Position numbers and translations under genes: made by a program. 64,000 nucleotides of DNA from an uncultured cyanobacterium (GTDB lineage: Bacteria > Cyanobacteriota > Cyanobacteriia > Cyanobacteriales > CAWCAG01). The notes under the pieces were generated by a model that was not told where the DNA came from, did not search any database, and saw only the letters and a list, made by a program, of their open reading frames with translations. This document shows positions 29,166-39,990 of the stretch, piece after piece (the first letter of the stretch is position 1; each line of letters begins with the position of its first letter). Location: contig CAWDOD010000010.1 in NCBI GenBank assembly GCA_963803805.1, positions 416,001 to 480,000 of the forward strand. The letters are read 5' to 3'.

Positions 29166-30485
29166 TTAAAGGGCTGAGTCCTGAGTTTCTATAAATTCAG
29201 GGAATTTCGTTATCCCTAATTCTCCCTCTTCCGTTACCCTCCAAACCTCGTAACTACCTACTACTACATCACCATTATTATCTAAATCAACATTACCGCT
29301 AACCCCTTGATAATTAATAGCTTTGCCTTCCCGCAATAACTCCATTCCTCGACAAACATCCTTAACCTCTTCTTTCTCCTCTGGCTTTTCTCCTGGATTT
29401 GCCACTGCCATAAGGTTACTTTTAATGCCTAGTCCTGTATTTTCTTGGGCTGCTTCTGCTGCTAGCATCAAAAGCATCGTTGCATCCCAAGTTTGGGCTA
29501 AAAAAGGAGTAATATTTTCCCCCGTTTGCTGATTCCAAAAAGAAGCGAATTCCGACAGCCCCATACCATTTGCCCCAGGTATTAGCCCCAAAACCCCAGT
29601 AATAATCGATCTATTATTGCTATCTTTAGGCATTTGTTGAGGAAAAGCTAGAGAATAAATACTATCGGTAGGAATAAATATTGCTTGCTTATTAAAACCA
29701 TGATTGTAAGCAGACTCTAACAACAAATTTCCTGTTTCTAGATTGCCCACAATTAGGACAGCTTCAGAATTACCATCAAAGGCTGCCATGGCTTCTTTGT
29801 CGAAATTGACTGCCGTAGGATCATAATGTATAGGTTCATCTTGATTGGTAACAATGCCTCCTTGGTTAGTGAAAGCATTAATAAATTCTTCCTCAAAGCC
29901 AATACCGTAATCGTTGTTAATCGCCACTGTTGCAATCTGGGTAAAGTCTTTTGCTAAGGCGAGTTTAGCAACTTGTTGGGCTTTAAGAATATCGCTTGAT
30001 ACTGTCCTTGTCCAATAACCCGCATAAGCCCTTTCTTCTCTCACCCTTTCTGTAAATACAGGACTAGTACTAGCCGGAGAAATTAGCATTACTTTATTAC
30101 GGGCAGCTATTTTCACAGCGCGATCACTTACACTGCTGGTAAAAGCCCCAACCACTCCAGCAACTTGATCTATTTCTACTAACTGATTCATCGCCTCTTC
30201 CCCCACAAGAGGATCAGCTTTGGTATCTGCAACAATTAATTGAACGGGTTGGTTATTAACACCACCACATTGATTAACTTTCTCCACTGCTAAGCTTACG
30301 GCTTGAGAAAGATTGTATCCTAGCAAAGTGGGGTCTTTTGTTTCTGGTAATAAAGCCCCTATTTTTAAAGGTTTTTCTCTTACCCCGCCAAATCTATTAC
30401 CCAGAAAAGAATTTTCGCAACCACTACTAAGTAAACAGATTATTAGGGCGATCGCAAGGAATAATTGGCGATTTGCTTGACCCAT
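29166..30485 (-). CDS. ABC transporter substrate-binding lipoprotein (LivJ/NatB-like)
   Basis: Lipobox SSGC, LKIGALLP, GAFTSSV, ISPASTSP, NNDYG, INYQGVSGNVD. Confidence 0.88.
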   Translation of the reverse strand: MGQANRQLFLAIALIICLLSSGCENSFLGNRFGGVREKPLKIGALLPETKDPTLLGYNLSQAVSLAVEKVNQCGGVNNQPVQLIVADTKADPLVGEEAMNQLVEIDQVAGVVGAFTSSVSDRAVKIAARNKVMLISPASTSPVFTERVREERAYAGYWTRTVSSDILKAQQVAKLALAKDFTQIATVAINNDYGIGFEEEFINAFTNQGGIVTNQDEPIHYDPTAVNFDKEAMAAFDGNSEAVLIVGNLETGNLLLESAYNHGFNKQAIFIPTDSIYSLAFPQQMPKDSNNRSIITGVLGLIPGANGMGLSEFASFWNQQTGENITPFLAQTWDATMLLMLAAEAAQENTGLGIKSNLMAVANPGEKPEEKEEVKDVCRGMELLREGKAINYQGVSGNVDLDNNGDVVVGSYEVWRVTEEGELGITKFPEFIETQDSAL

Positions 30486-30528
30486 AATTTTGTGAATGAT
30501 AAAGTTTTTTATTTAATTATCAAAAAAG

Positions 30529-30651
30529 TAGTGGCGTGACACGCCTAAAATGTTGCAATAGTAGAGGCGGGTTTACCAGTCAAATTGTGAGATTAACCTT
30601 AAACTAAATAAACCTGCCCTAATACACAATCTTAGCTGGGTCACACTAGTA
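30529..30651. repeat. Degenerate nested palindromic repeat elements
   Basis: Outer arms 30529-30548 / 30632-30651 match 14 of 20; inner GTAGAGGCGGGTTTA...TAAACCTGCCCT (30561-30620). Confidence 0.55.
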
Positions 30652-30735
30652 GGGTGTGTTAATGAAATGTCACCCATCATTCATTATGAAGCTTCTAAAA
30701 AAAAGGTGCGTTACGCTACTGCTAACACACCCTAC
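30649..30735. mobile_element. GTAG-ended REP/MITE-like element
   Basis: Perfect 13-bp terminal inverted repeat GTAGGGTGTGTTA / TAACACACCCTAC; internal GGTGCGTTACGCT. Confidence 0.7.
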
Positions 30736-30741
30736 GGTTTT

Positions 30742-31749
<1,008 letters not shown>

Positions 31750-31808
31750 TTATGCCAGCCTTTATATATTTATCGCAAACTGTTAATTTTATCTCAAAAG
31801 AGGATGGG

Positions 31809-32678
31809 TTAAAAATTATAAATTGTTAACAGAGGGTTAGAAGTTGCCAAAAATAAACAAAACCCAACAATCAATAAACAAAAAATACCAGCAACACCAG
31901 CTAAGGGTTTATTACCAATACCCGCTAACCATTGCCCTCCTTTACCTGTATAGGAAATTAATTCTGCTGAATCTAGGCAAGATAGTCCCCAAATCCAACT
32001 AGCATGAAGCCCCCAAGCAATCCCTAAACTTCCCCCATCTACCCAACGTGCCAAGACTAAAATCATGCCCATCAGCCATAATCCTGGGATTTGAGGAAGG
32101 GTATCTTTTTGTTCCCAAACTAAATGTAATAAAGCAAAAATTAAACTCGAAATTATCCCAGCAACTATTAGGGTATAGTTTTGTTGTAATTCAGTGAGAA
32201 TAAAGCCCCGGAAAATTAATTCTTCAGTGAGGCCAATGCATAAACCTACTAGTAATAGGGGCAATAAAAGCGATCGCAAACGGGTTAGATTTTCCCAACG
32301 CCATTGTAGTAAGCCTAATAACCACTCCCCCATAAAAGTTGCGACTAAGCTAAAAATACCTAAAAGAAAACCCAGTCCTAAAGAAGTAAAAATACTCCTA
32401 TGCCAGCTTAAGCCATAGTCTTGAAAGGAAGCTCCTTCTACCCAAGCTGAAGCGGCAATAATTAAAGGGGCAATTAAATAAAGAGAAGCTACTAAAGAGA
32501 GTTTTTGTTTTTCCCTTAAGGGTTGAGGTGGTCGCCACTTCACTAAAATTGCGACGAAAACTAACAGGGGCAACCACACAATTCCCCAAGCAAGAAAAAA
32601 AGCTGTTACTTTTACTAAGGCTGTAGTTGTTGCTAAGAAATTTAGCCACTCATTAAAGGTCAATGACAATACTACCAT
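31809..32678 (-). CDS. CPBP (CAAX/Abi) intramembrane protease
   Basis: EELIFRG, FALLH, GLHASW; multi-TM. Confidence 0.9.
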   Translation of the reverse strand: MVVLSLTFNEWLNFLATTTALVKVTAFFLAWGIVWLPLLVFVAILVKWRPPQPLREKQKLSLVASLYLIAPLIIAASAWVEGASFQDYGLSWHRSIFTSLGLGFLLGIFSLVATFMGEWLLGLLQWRWENLTRLRSLLLPLLLVGLCIGLTEELIFRGFILTELQQNYTLIVAGIISSLIFALLHLVWEQKDTLPQIPGLWLMGMILVLARWVDGGSLGIAWGLHASWIWGLSCLDSAELISYTGKGGQWLAGIGNKPLAGVAGIFCLLIVGFCLFLATSNPLLTIYNF

Positions 32679-32985
32679 AGGTAGAAATTAAGCCAAGTGA
32701 ATTATTGAAACTTGTTTGTCAAAATGCTTGCATTTTGGCTCGATTCGTGGATGAGAAGAGCCTTGGAAGATCAATTTGTTAGGAAAAAAGAAAAGAGGGA
32801 CTGATTGAGAATCTAACTAGTAGAGAGTAGCATTTCTTTACTGGTAATTTAACCAGGGTATACCCCTTAAATAGGGAGCCAATTTTTCATTCCTTAAAAA
32901 GATTGCTCTGCTGCTTAGAGGAGAAAATATTACTTTGCCTCTCAACCCATCCACTCTATTTATCTGGGATTTTTGGTACTAGAGT

Positions 32986-33396
32986 TTACACGGCTACAGC
33001 CTCAGCATCTTCTGCTAAGTCTTCGCCTTCAACATCTAGCTGTTTGAGGTGAATGTGTTTATAACCTAATTTGATTTCAAACTCATCCCCAGGTTTTAAA
33101 CCCATGGCGTGAGTGTAGGTTGAACCAATCACAATTTGACCATTTTTATGAACACTTACCCGATAGGTAGGTTCCCTTCCTCGTCCATCTTTTGTTCCTT
33201 CTGGATCTAGAGGAACTCCTTTTGCAGCAAGGACTGCATCATAAAAATCAGTTAAATTCACACGGGTTTGATTATTTTTAGTCACCGTGTAATAACCGCA
33301 GCGTTTCGCTGTTTCTCTTCGAGGTAAGTGGGAAAGCTCTTTAACTTTTTGCAGTAAAGATTTTCCCGTTAATGCTGTAGTTGGCATCTCACTCAT
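32986..33396 (-). CDS. cyAbrB regulator, clade A (CalA/cyAbrB1-like)
   Basis: RRETAKRCGYY, VNLTDFYDAVL, RGREPTYRVSVHKNGQIVIG. Confidence 0.9.
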   Translation of the reverse strand: MSEMPTTALTGKSLLQKVKELSHLPRRETAKRCGYYTVTKNNQTRVNLTDFYDAVLAAKGVPLDPEGTKDGRGREPTYRVSVHKNGQIVIGSTYTHAMGLKPGDEFEIKLGYKHIHLKQLDVEGEDLAEDAEAVAV

Positions 33397-33785
33397 GATG
33401 TGACAAAATATCCTTCAACTTTCTTAATTAGACAATATATCTTACTACCAAATTATTGGCTATATAAAAAATATATCGTTAAAAACCAATGATAGACAAT
33501 TTTTTTGAGTAGTTGTTTGTGATTTTTACAAAAACTATTGTACTTGAAGTTAGTTGTCTAATTTAAGAAGGTATAGTTGAAAAAATTAAATTCTCAATTA
33601 CAACTGGTAATTTTTCTAGAGGGGGAGATTTTTTGGTTTCCTTGTTTTAGACTAGAAATATCAGGGTGAGTTATCTCCAACAACAAAAAAGGTATTGACA
33701 AATAGGAATCAAAACGCTATTTGGTAATTGTTTGAGTTAAATCAAAATTCCCACTCAGGTAGGAAGATTTTTTAAGATCAATTCT

Positions 33786-34772
33786 ATGGAAGTAATTTTC
33801 AAAATAGTTCGCCAAAAACAAAAAGCAGCTTCGCCGAAGCTTCAAAGTTATAGCTTGGATATTGAGCCAGGAAAGACTATTCTTGAGTGTTTAAATACCA
33901 TCAAGTGGGAGTTGGATGGTAGTTTGGCTTTTCGTAAAAATTGCCGCAATACAATTTGTGGTAGTTGCGGTATGAAAATTAATGGACGTTCAGCTTTAGC
34001 TTGTAAAGAAAATGTAGGGCAAGAAATTGAGCGCTTCTGGACAAAATCTCCTCAATTAACTCCAGAAATTACCATAGCTCCTTTAGGAAATATGCCTGTA
34101 ATCAAAGATTTGGTTGTGGATATGCAAGGGTTCTGGCAGGGCTTAGAGGCGGTAGAACCTTATATAAGCACCAATGCCAGGTCAATACCGGAAAGAGAAT
34201 TTCTCCAGACTCCTAACGAGCGATCGCAGCTTGATCAAACCGGTAATTGTATTATGTGTGGTGCTTGTTATTCTGAATGTAATGCTAAGGATGTTAATGT
34301 TGATTTTGTGGGGCCCCATGCCTTAGCAAAAGCCCAAAGGATGGTAACAGACTCCCGCGATGATCACACAGAAGAGCGTTTAGAGTCTTATAATCAAGGA
34401 ACAGCAGGGGTCTGGGGTTGTACTCGCTGTTATATGTGCAACACCGTTTGTCCCATGGAAGTTGCCCCCATGGAACAAATTAGTAAAATTAAGCAGGAAA
34501 TTTTAGACCGCCAAGATGCTCAAAGCAGCCGTTCAATTCGCCATCGTAAAGTACTAATAGATTTAGTTAAACAAGGGGGCTGGATTGATGAGCGTAAGTT
34601 TGGTTTGATGGTGGTAGGAAATTATTTACGGGACTTAAAAGGATTAGCTAGTCTTGCCCCTTTAGGTTTACGAATGTTGGCACGGGGGAAATTTCCCCTG
34701 GAATTCACGCCTTCCCAGGGAACTCAGGAGGTGCGATCGCTGATTGAGTCTGTGCAAAATTTAGATTGCTAA
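33786..34772 (+). CDS. sdhB: Succinate dehydrogenase iron-sulfur subunit
   Basis: CRNTICGSC, CIMCGACYSEC, CTRCYMCNTVCP. Confidence 0.95.
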   Translation: MEVIFKIVRQKQKAASPKLQSYSLDIEPGKTILECLNTIKWELDGSLAFRKNCRNTICGSCGMKINGRSALACKENVGQEIERFWTKSPQLTPEITIAPLGNMPVIKDLVVDMQGFWQGLEAVEPYISTNARSIPEREFLQTPNERSQLDQTGNCIMCGACYSECNAKDVNVDFVGPHALAKAQRMVTDSRDDHTEERLESYNQGTAGVWGCTRCYMCNTVCPMEVAPMEQISKIKQEILDRQDAQSSRSIRHRKVLIDLVKQGGWIDERKFGLMVVGNYLRDLKGLASLAPLGLRMLARGKFPLEFTPSQGTQEVRSLIESVQNLDC

Positions 34773-34815
34773 TCGCTAACTTTTGTTTTCTTATTACACT
34801 TTTGACTCGTAAATT

Positions 34816-35010
34816 ATGGATACTGAAATAGAAACTTCTTTACCTAATCAACCAAAAGAAAGCTCCAGCCCAGAAACAGAACCCAGTTTTGGTTGGAATA
34901 TTTATGCAGAAAAAATTAATGGGCGCTTTGCTATGATTGGCTTTGTTGCCCTGTTGCTCCTTGAGCTTTTTACTCACCAAGATTTCTTTACTTGGCTAGG
35001 CTTACGATAA
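34816..35010 (+). CDS. High-light-inducible (one-helix CAB) protein
   Basis: [17 protein letters not shown] chlorophyll-binding motif. Confidence 0.9.
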   Translation: MDTEIETSLPNQPKESSSPETEPSFGWNIYAEKINGRFAMIGFVALLLLELFTHQDFFTWLGLR

Positions 35011-35052
35011 GTTAGAATACACATTCAACTAAAAATTTTCCCTAACAGGAGT

Positions 35053-35658
35053 CTATTTTTTATTTTCCCCATCTTGATAGAGGGGATCTTCATCAAGGGA
35101 ACCTACGCGCCCCACAGGCCAAAATCTTACGGCTGCCCGACCAATAATATTTTTGCGAGGTACAAAACCCCAAGAATGGGAATCGTAGCTGTTGTTGCGA
35201 TTATCCCCTAAAACTAGATAATGATCTTCAGGAACCTTAGCAGGGCCATAATCGTAAGCGGGTTTTTGTTCAATATATTCTTCTTCTATTCCTTTACCAT
35301 TTACAAAAACTCTACCATTTTTAACTTGAATAGTTTCTCCAGGTAAACCAATAACTCTTTTAATAAAAGCCTCATGAAAATTCTGTTGCTTAAGGGTATC
35401 TGTGGGGTTGAAAACCACAATATCTCCTCGTTCGGGTTTTCTAAAGTTGTAGCTTACCTTTTCAATAAGGAGGCGATCATTAATTTCTAAAGTAGGAAGC
35501 ATCGAACCGGAAGGGATATAACGGGCTTCAGCGACAAAACTGCGTATACCCACAGCTAATACAGCACTGAGGGCAATGGTTTTCAGTCCTTCTATCCAAG
35601 GATTTTCAGGGCTTCTTTCCGGCTTAGGTTTGGGAGTTTGATTAGAAGTTTCGGTCAT
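35053..35658 (-). CDS. lepB: Signal peptidase I
   Basis: IPSGSMLPTL, FIKRVIG, GDNRNNSYDS. Confidence 0.96.
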   Translation of the reverse strand: MTETSNQTPKPKPERSPENPWIEGLKTIALSAVLAVGIRSFVAEARYIPSGSMLPTLEINDRLLIEKVSYNFRKPERGDIVVFNPTDTLKQQNFHEAFIKRVIGLPGETIQVKNGRVFVNGKGIEEEYIEQKPAYDYGPAKVPEDHYLVLGDNRNNSYDSHSWGFVPRKNIIGRAAVRFWPVGRVGSLDEDPLYQDGENKK

Positions 35659-35798
35659 AGCTATGCAATTTCAAGACAATTACCAACAAAGAACAACAAA
35701 AAATAAATTTAGGGATTGATGTATAGTTTCTTTTCTACTTGTAACTGCACAACCTCAAAAGTTGCAACTATTTAAGAATCGTTTAATTCTAACTTGAT

Positions 35799-37124
35799 AT
35801 GACATCTACTGCTCCGTTACTAATTCGTCAAGCCCGTATTCTCTTACCTGATGGCAACTTTCAGGTGGGAGATGTGGAGATCACAACTGGAAGAATTACC
35901 CAAATTGCGACCCAGATAGAGACAAATAACTCTGATAGAGAAATAGACGCTACTAATTTAACTTTGTTGCCTGGGGTAATTGACCCCCAAGTACATTTTC
36001 GAGAACCAGGGTTAGAACATAAAGAAGACTTGTTTACAGCTAGTTGTGCTTGCGCTAAAGGTGGTGTTACCTCCTTTTTAGAGATGCCGAATACTCGTCC
36101 TTTAACTACTACTCAAGAAGCTTTGGACGATAAATTAAGGCGTTGTGAACAGAAGTGTTTAGTTAATTATGGCTTTTTTATGGGGGCAACGGCAGAAAAT
36201 TTGGCTGCCCTTCGTGAGGCTTCTCCTAGTTGTGGCATCAAAATTTTTATGGGTTCTTCCCATGGTGCTTTGTTAGTTAGTACAGAAGCAGAAATAGAAC
36301 CAATTTTTGCTCAAGGGGAGCGCTTAATTGCTGTTCATGCTGAAGATCAAGCTAGGATTATAGAACGGCGTAAATTATTTGCCGGAGAAACTAACCCCGC
36401 TATCCATTCTCAGATTCAAGATAGCCAAGCTGCCCTAAATGCCACTAAATTAGCTCTGAAACTCTCTAAAAAGTATCAAAGACGTTTACATATTCTCCAC
36501 CTTTCCACAGGAGAAGAAGCGGAATTATTGCGTCAAGATAAACCGAATTGGGTAACAGCAGAAGTAACCCCTCAACATCTTCTTTTAAATACCCAAGCTT
36601 ACGAGAAAATTGGCACTCTCGCCCAGATGAATCCTCCCTTGCGATCGCACCAAGATAACGCCATCCTTTGGCAAGCTTTATTAGATGGGGTGATAGATTT
36701 CATTGCTACCGATCATGCCCCTCATACCTTAGAAGAAAAAGGTAAAGGCTATCCCCATAGTCCTTCAGGAATGCCAGGGGTAGAAACATCCTTACCCCTC
36801 ATGCTAACCCAAGCTGTACACGGGCGCTGCACCATTGCCCAAGTCGCTAATTGGATGTCTGCTGCCCCTGCCAAGGCATACCAAATTCCTAACAAAGGAG
36901 CGATCGCCGTTGGTTATGATGCAGATTTAGTTTTGGTAGATGTAGATAATTACCGCCCAGTCTTGAGGGAAGAATTGCTAAGCAAATGTGGCTGGAGTCC
37001 CTTTGAAGGTTGGAATTTAACAGGATGGCCGCAATTGACCATTGTTGGTGGTCAGGTTGTCTATGAGGCTGGCAAAGTTAATACAGAAGTACGAGGAAAA
37101 GCTTTAAGCTTTGGTGAAAAGTAA
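35799..37124 (+). CDS. pyrC: Dihydroorotase (cyanobacterial type)
   Basis: PGVIDPQVHFREPG, EMPNT, HAED, MNPPLR, ATDHAPH. Confidence 0.88.
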   Translation: MTSTAPLLIRQARILLPDGNFQVGDVEITTGRITQIATQIETNNSDREIDATNLTLLPGVIDPQVHFREPGLEHKEDLFTASCACAKGGVTSFLEMPNTRPLTTTQEALDDKLRRCEQKCLVNYGFFMGATAENLAALREASPSCGIKIFMGSSHGALLVSTEAEIEPIFAQGERLIAVHAEDQARIIERRKLFAGETNPAIHSQIQDSQAALNATKLALKLSKKYQRRLHILHLSTGEEAELLRQDKPNWVTAEVTPQHLLLNTQAYEKIGTLAQMNPPLRSHQDNAILWQALLDGVIDFIATDHAPHTLEEKGKGYPHSPSGMPGVETSLPLMLTQAVHGRCTIAQVANWMSAAPAKAYQIPNKGAIAVGYDADLVLVDVDNYRPVLREELLSKCGWSPFEGWNLTGWPQLTIVGGQVVYEAGKVNTEVRGKALSFGEK

Positions 37125-37150
37125 AAGGTAGGGATGTAGGGAGGTAAGGA

Positions 37151-37185
37151 CAATTAGCAAATAGCCATTAGCAAATAGCCATTAG
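37151..37185. repeat. Heptamer tandem repeat (CAAATAG/CCATTAG), STRR-like
   Basis: Five units between the convergent pyrC and TPR genes. Confidence 0.8.
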
Positions 37186-37190
37186 CAAAA

Positions 37191-37853
37191 TTACCTTCCC
37201 AATCTTCGTAAAGTCAAATCAAGATTTTCTTGGGTAACTCGATCATTAACATCTATCTCTAAAGCTATTTCAAAAGCTTCCAAAGCCTCTAAATAGCGCC
37301 CCAACTTGTATAAAGCAACCCCTTTATTATTCCAGGTTGTTTGGTCATCAGGTTTGAGGGCGATCGCTTGTTCATATGCTTCAACCGCTTGGGTATAGCG
37401 TCCTAACCGACGCAAAGCCACTCCTTTTGCTGTCCAAGCTAGATATACTTCTCCATCTCCCCAATTACCATCTCCTGCCAAGGCTAGTTCACAACTAGTA
37501 ACAGCCTCTTCATATCTGCGTAAATTGTTCAGAGCTGTACAACGATTGTACCAAGCTAAAGAATTGTCGCGATCCAGTTCAATGGCGCGGTTGTGGTAAG
37601 TCAAAGCTTCACTGGGCTTTTTAAAATCTCGATGGAGTATTGCCCCCCTTGTCGTCCATAACATTGCCTGATCTTGTTGTAACTCAATGGCGCGATCGCA
37701 GGCTTCTAAACCTGCTTCCCCTCTTAATTCATAGCATTGCTGAGTCCAATAGTTAAAGTCATTAGGCTCTTGGGCAACAGCAGCCGTACCGATTAAACCT
37801 GTTCCCCCCAAAACCATGAGAGTAAGTAAAATTTTTCTATATATTCTGGTCAT
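37191..37853 (-). CDS. Exported TPR-repeat protein
   Basis: Signal peptide; repeated W.N.G.AL..LGRY.EA... Confidence 0.88.
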   Translation of the reverse strand: MTRIYRKILLTLMVLGGTGLIGTAAVAQEPNDFNYWTQQCYELRGEAGLEACDRAIELQQDQAMLWTTRGAILHRDFKKPSEALTYHNRAIELDRDNSLAWYNRCTALNNLRRYEEAVTSCELALAGDGNWGDGEVYLAWTAKGVALRRLGRYTQAVEAYEQAIALKPDDQTTWNNKGVALYKLGRYLEALEAFEIALEIDVNDRVTQENLDLTLRRLGR

Positions 37854-37922
37854 TTCGAGCGAGTTAATTTTAAATTAGCCTATCTATATAGCTATTTAAA
37901 CAGTTCGCTTTCATATTGAGAC

Positions 37923-38070
37923 AAAAAAAATCCCCACCAGTGGGTGTTGGGCGGGGCAGTTACTCGTTTGTCGGTGAGAGCATAGATTTAGCTATGCTAC
38001 GAGGAACCTTATTGATGGAAGAAGCAAGGTAATAACCTTGTTACTTTGTTTAGACTATTTTGCTTTCTTC
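37923..38070 (-). ncRNA. Candidate small RNA (possibly PsrR1-like)
   Basis: -10-like GATAAT (38081-38076) or TAGTCT (38057-38052), TTCCTCG, AGCATAG/CTATGCT hairpin, ACCGACA, GC-rich stem plus U8 terminator; no ORF. Confidence 0.5.
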
Positions 38071-38240
38071 TATTGATTATCAAGCAACACTGTTTACGAT
38101 CATGTTTGCTTAATGTATATTTTTTGTATGACTTTGGTATATTTTCTCAAAAACTAGTTGATTGCCCAGCTTCTCAAAGGGAAAAGCGGTATATTATTCA
38201 ACTAGGAAACAAACCATCTCCCCATCTCCCTCTCAACTTT

Positions 38241-38279
38241 GTCACACAATCTTCACAACACCGTCACAAGAAAGTCATT
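38241..38279 (+). promoter_or_regulatory. Four direct repeats at 11-bp period (OmpR-type box) upstream of the htrA-family gene
   Basis: GTCACA 38241, TTCACA 38252, GTCACA 38263, GTCATT 38274. Confidence 0.6.
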
Positions 38280-38388
38280 TCTTTAATCTAACTTGAAAAG
38301 TGTCAGCTAATGAACACCTTGAACACTCACTCACACCACTAGCTGACTTTTCCTCCTCTGTAGAAGCTATTAATCAAGTTAAGTAACT

Positions 38389-39552
38389 ATGGAAATTAAT
38401 AATTTAGACTCTTCCTCACCTCAAAAAAACAATCCTCTGCAAAAAACGGTTACTTACTTATCTTTGGTGCTTTTAGGCGCAGGTATAGCCTTTGGTAGTG
38501 ATGCTTTAATTGAGCGAAAAGAATTATCTGCCCTTGTTCCCGACTCATCAGCCCAACTTCAAGAAAAGAAAGTTACAACCCGTTCTATAGATAGTTCCCT
38601 AATTCCCAATAACTTCGTCACTGAAGTTGTAGACACTGTTGGAGATAGCGTTGTACGTATTGATGCTTCTCGCCAAACAGGAAGATTTAGAATGAGTGAA
38701 GGTACAGGTTCAGGTTTTGTGGTTAGGGAAGACGGACAAATCCTTACCAATGCTCATGTTGTTGATGGTGTTGATACTGTAACTGTTACCCTCAAAGATG
38801 GTCGCACTATGGAAGGAAAAGTTATGGGAAGTGATCCTGTAACTGATGTGGCAGTTATCAAAGTTGAGGAAGAAAATCTTCCTGCGGCGGCTTTAGGAGA
38901 TTCTGATCAACTTAAACCAGGAGAATGGGCGATCGCCATTGGTAATCCTTTAGGTTTAAATAATACTGTCACCACAGGAATTATCAGCGCTACAGGTAGA
39001 TCTAGTTCTCAAGTGGGTGTTGCGGATAAAAGAGTGGATTTTGTCCAAACCGATGCTGCAATTAACCCCGGAAATTCTGGAGGCCCTTTACTAAATCAAA
39101 AGGGTGAAGTTATTGGCATCAACACTGCTATCTTCCGTGATGCCCAAGGCATTGGTTTCGCTATCCCCATCAATACTGCTAAAGATATTGCTGATCAGTT
39201 AGTAGCTAAAGGGAAAGTTGAACATTCTTACTTAGGCATCCAAATGGTAGATCTCAATCCAGAAATCAAAGAAAGTATTAACAACAATCCCCAAAATGGT
39301 TTTCGGGTGGAAGCACAAGAAGGAGTAATTATTGCCGGAATTGTTCCTAACTCTCCTGCGGCTAAAGCTGGATTACAAACAGGGGATGTACTCCAAAGTA
39401 TTAATGAAGATCAAGTCATTGATTCTCAAACAGTTCAAAATATAGTCAATAAGGTTCCTGTAGGCGAAAAAGTATCTTTAGAATTAGATCGCCAAGGTCA
39501 GAAAGTAAAGTTAAATCTCAAAGTAGGGGTCTTACCTCCTAACCTGAAATAA
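38389..39552 (+). CDS. HtrA/HhoA/HhoB serine protease with PDZ domain
   Basis: GTGSGF, LTNAHVV, DVAVIK, QTDAAINPGNSGGPL, C-terminal PDZ. Confidence 0.95.
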   Translation: MEINNLDSSSPQKNNPLQKTVTYLSLVLLGAGIAFGSDALIERKELSALVPDSSAQLQEKKVTTRSIDSSLIPNNFVTEVVDTVGDSVVRIDASRQTGRFRMSEGTGSGFVVREDGQILTNAHVVDGVDTVTVTLKDGRTMEGKVMGSDPVTDVAVIKVEEENLPAAALGDSDQLKPGEWAIAIGNPLGLNNTVTTGIISATGRSSSQVGVADKRVDFVQTDAAINPGNSGGPLLNQKGEVIGINTAIFRDAQGIGFAIPINTAKDIADQLVAKGKVEHSYLGIQMVDLNPEIKESINNNPQNGFRVEAQEGVIIAGIVPNSPAAKAGLQTGDVLQSINEDQVIDSQTVQNIVNKVPVGEKVSLELDRQGQKVKLNLKVGVLPPNLK

Positions 39553-39597
39553 ATTTCCCTTGTTATTATAATCACCAAGTAAGCAAACCAAACTTAA

Positions 39598-39691
39598 CTA
39601 GTAGTTTGTCAGTCTATCTATAATTTTGGAGTTACAAGAATTACTGAATCCTGACCTCTGAACCTTAGATTTCCAATTGACAAACCACTAG
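39598..39691. mobile_element. CTAG-ended MITE-like element, copy 1
   Basis: Terminal IR CTAGTAGTTTGTCA / TGACAAACCACTAG; related copy at 48404-48489. Confidence 0.7.
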
Positions 39692-39700
39692 GTTACAGAC

Positions 39701-39990
39701 AAAAAAAAGCTGAGCCTCCCAAACTTTGGCCCAGCTAATATCCATTCTGAGAACTAACCTTTGTCAAAAAATAGCCATCTTACATCAAAGACCTAATTGC
39801 TTTTTCCTTACACCTCCTTGAATTAATTAACTAAGGGATTTCCAATGAGCAAAACCCACAAAGTAGAAGCATTAAAGGCAATTTAGTTAGAGTTTCGTGG
39901 CTCAGTGCTAAGGGCATATAAAAACAATTTTTTTGTTTGACTACCTTTAGCTGTAAAGAGCGCGTTCCTCTTTTCTTTGCTTTGCTATGT
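39701..39990 (-). ncRNA. Candidate ~290-nt small RNA or micro-ORF transcript
   Basis: -10-like GATAAT (40000-39995); terminator AGCTGGGCC/GGCTCAGCT plus U8 (39736-39701); only a 28-codon ORF inside. Confidence 0.45.

Noticed and set aside
38046-38291. 81-aa ORF
   Set aside because: TTG start, no recognisable motif, overlaps promoter elements; likely spurious.
38325-38339. Yfr1 sRNA
   Set aside because: Core differs from ACTCCTCACAC and no GC-rich terminator follows.
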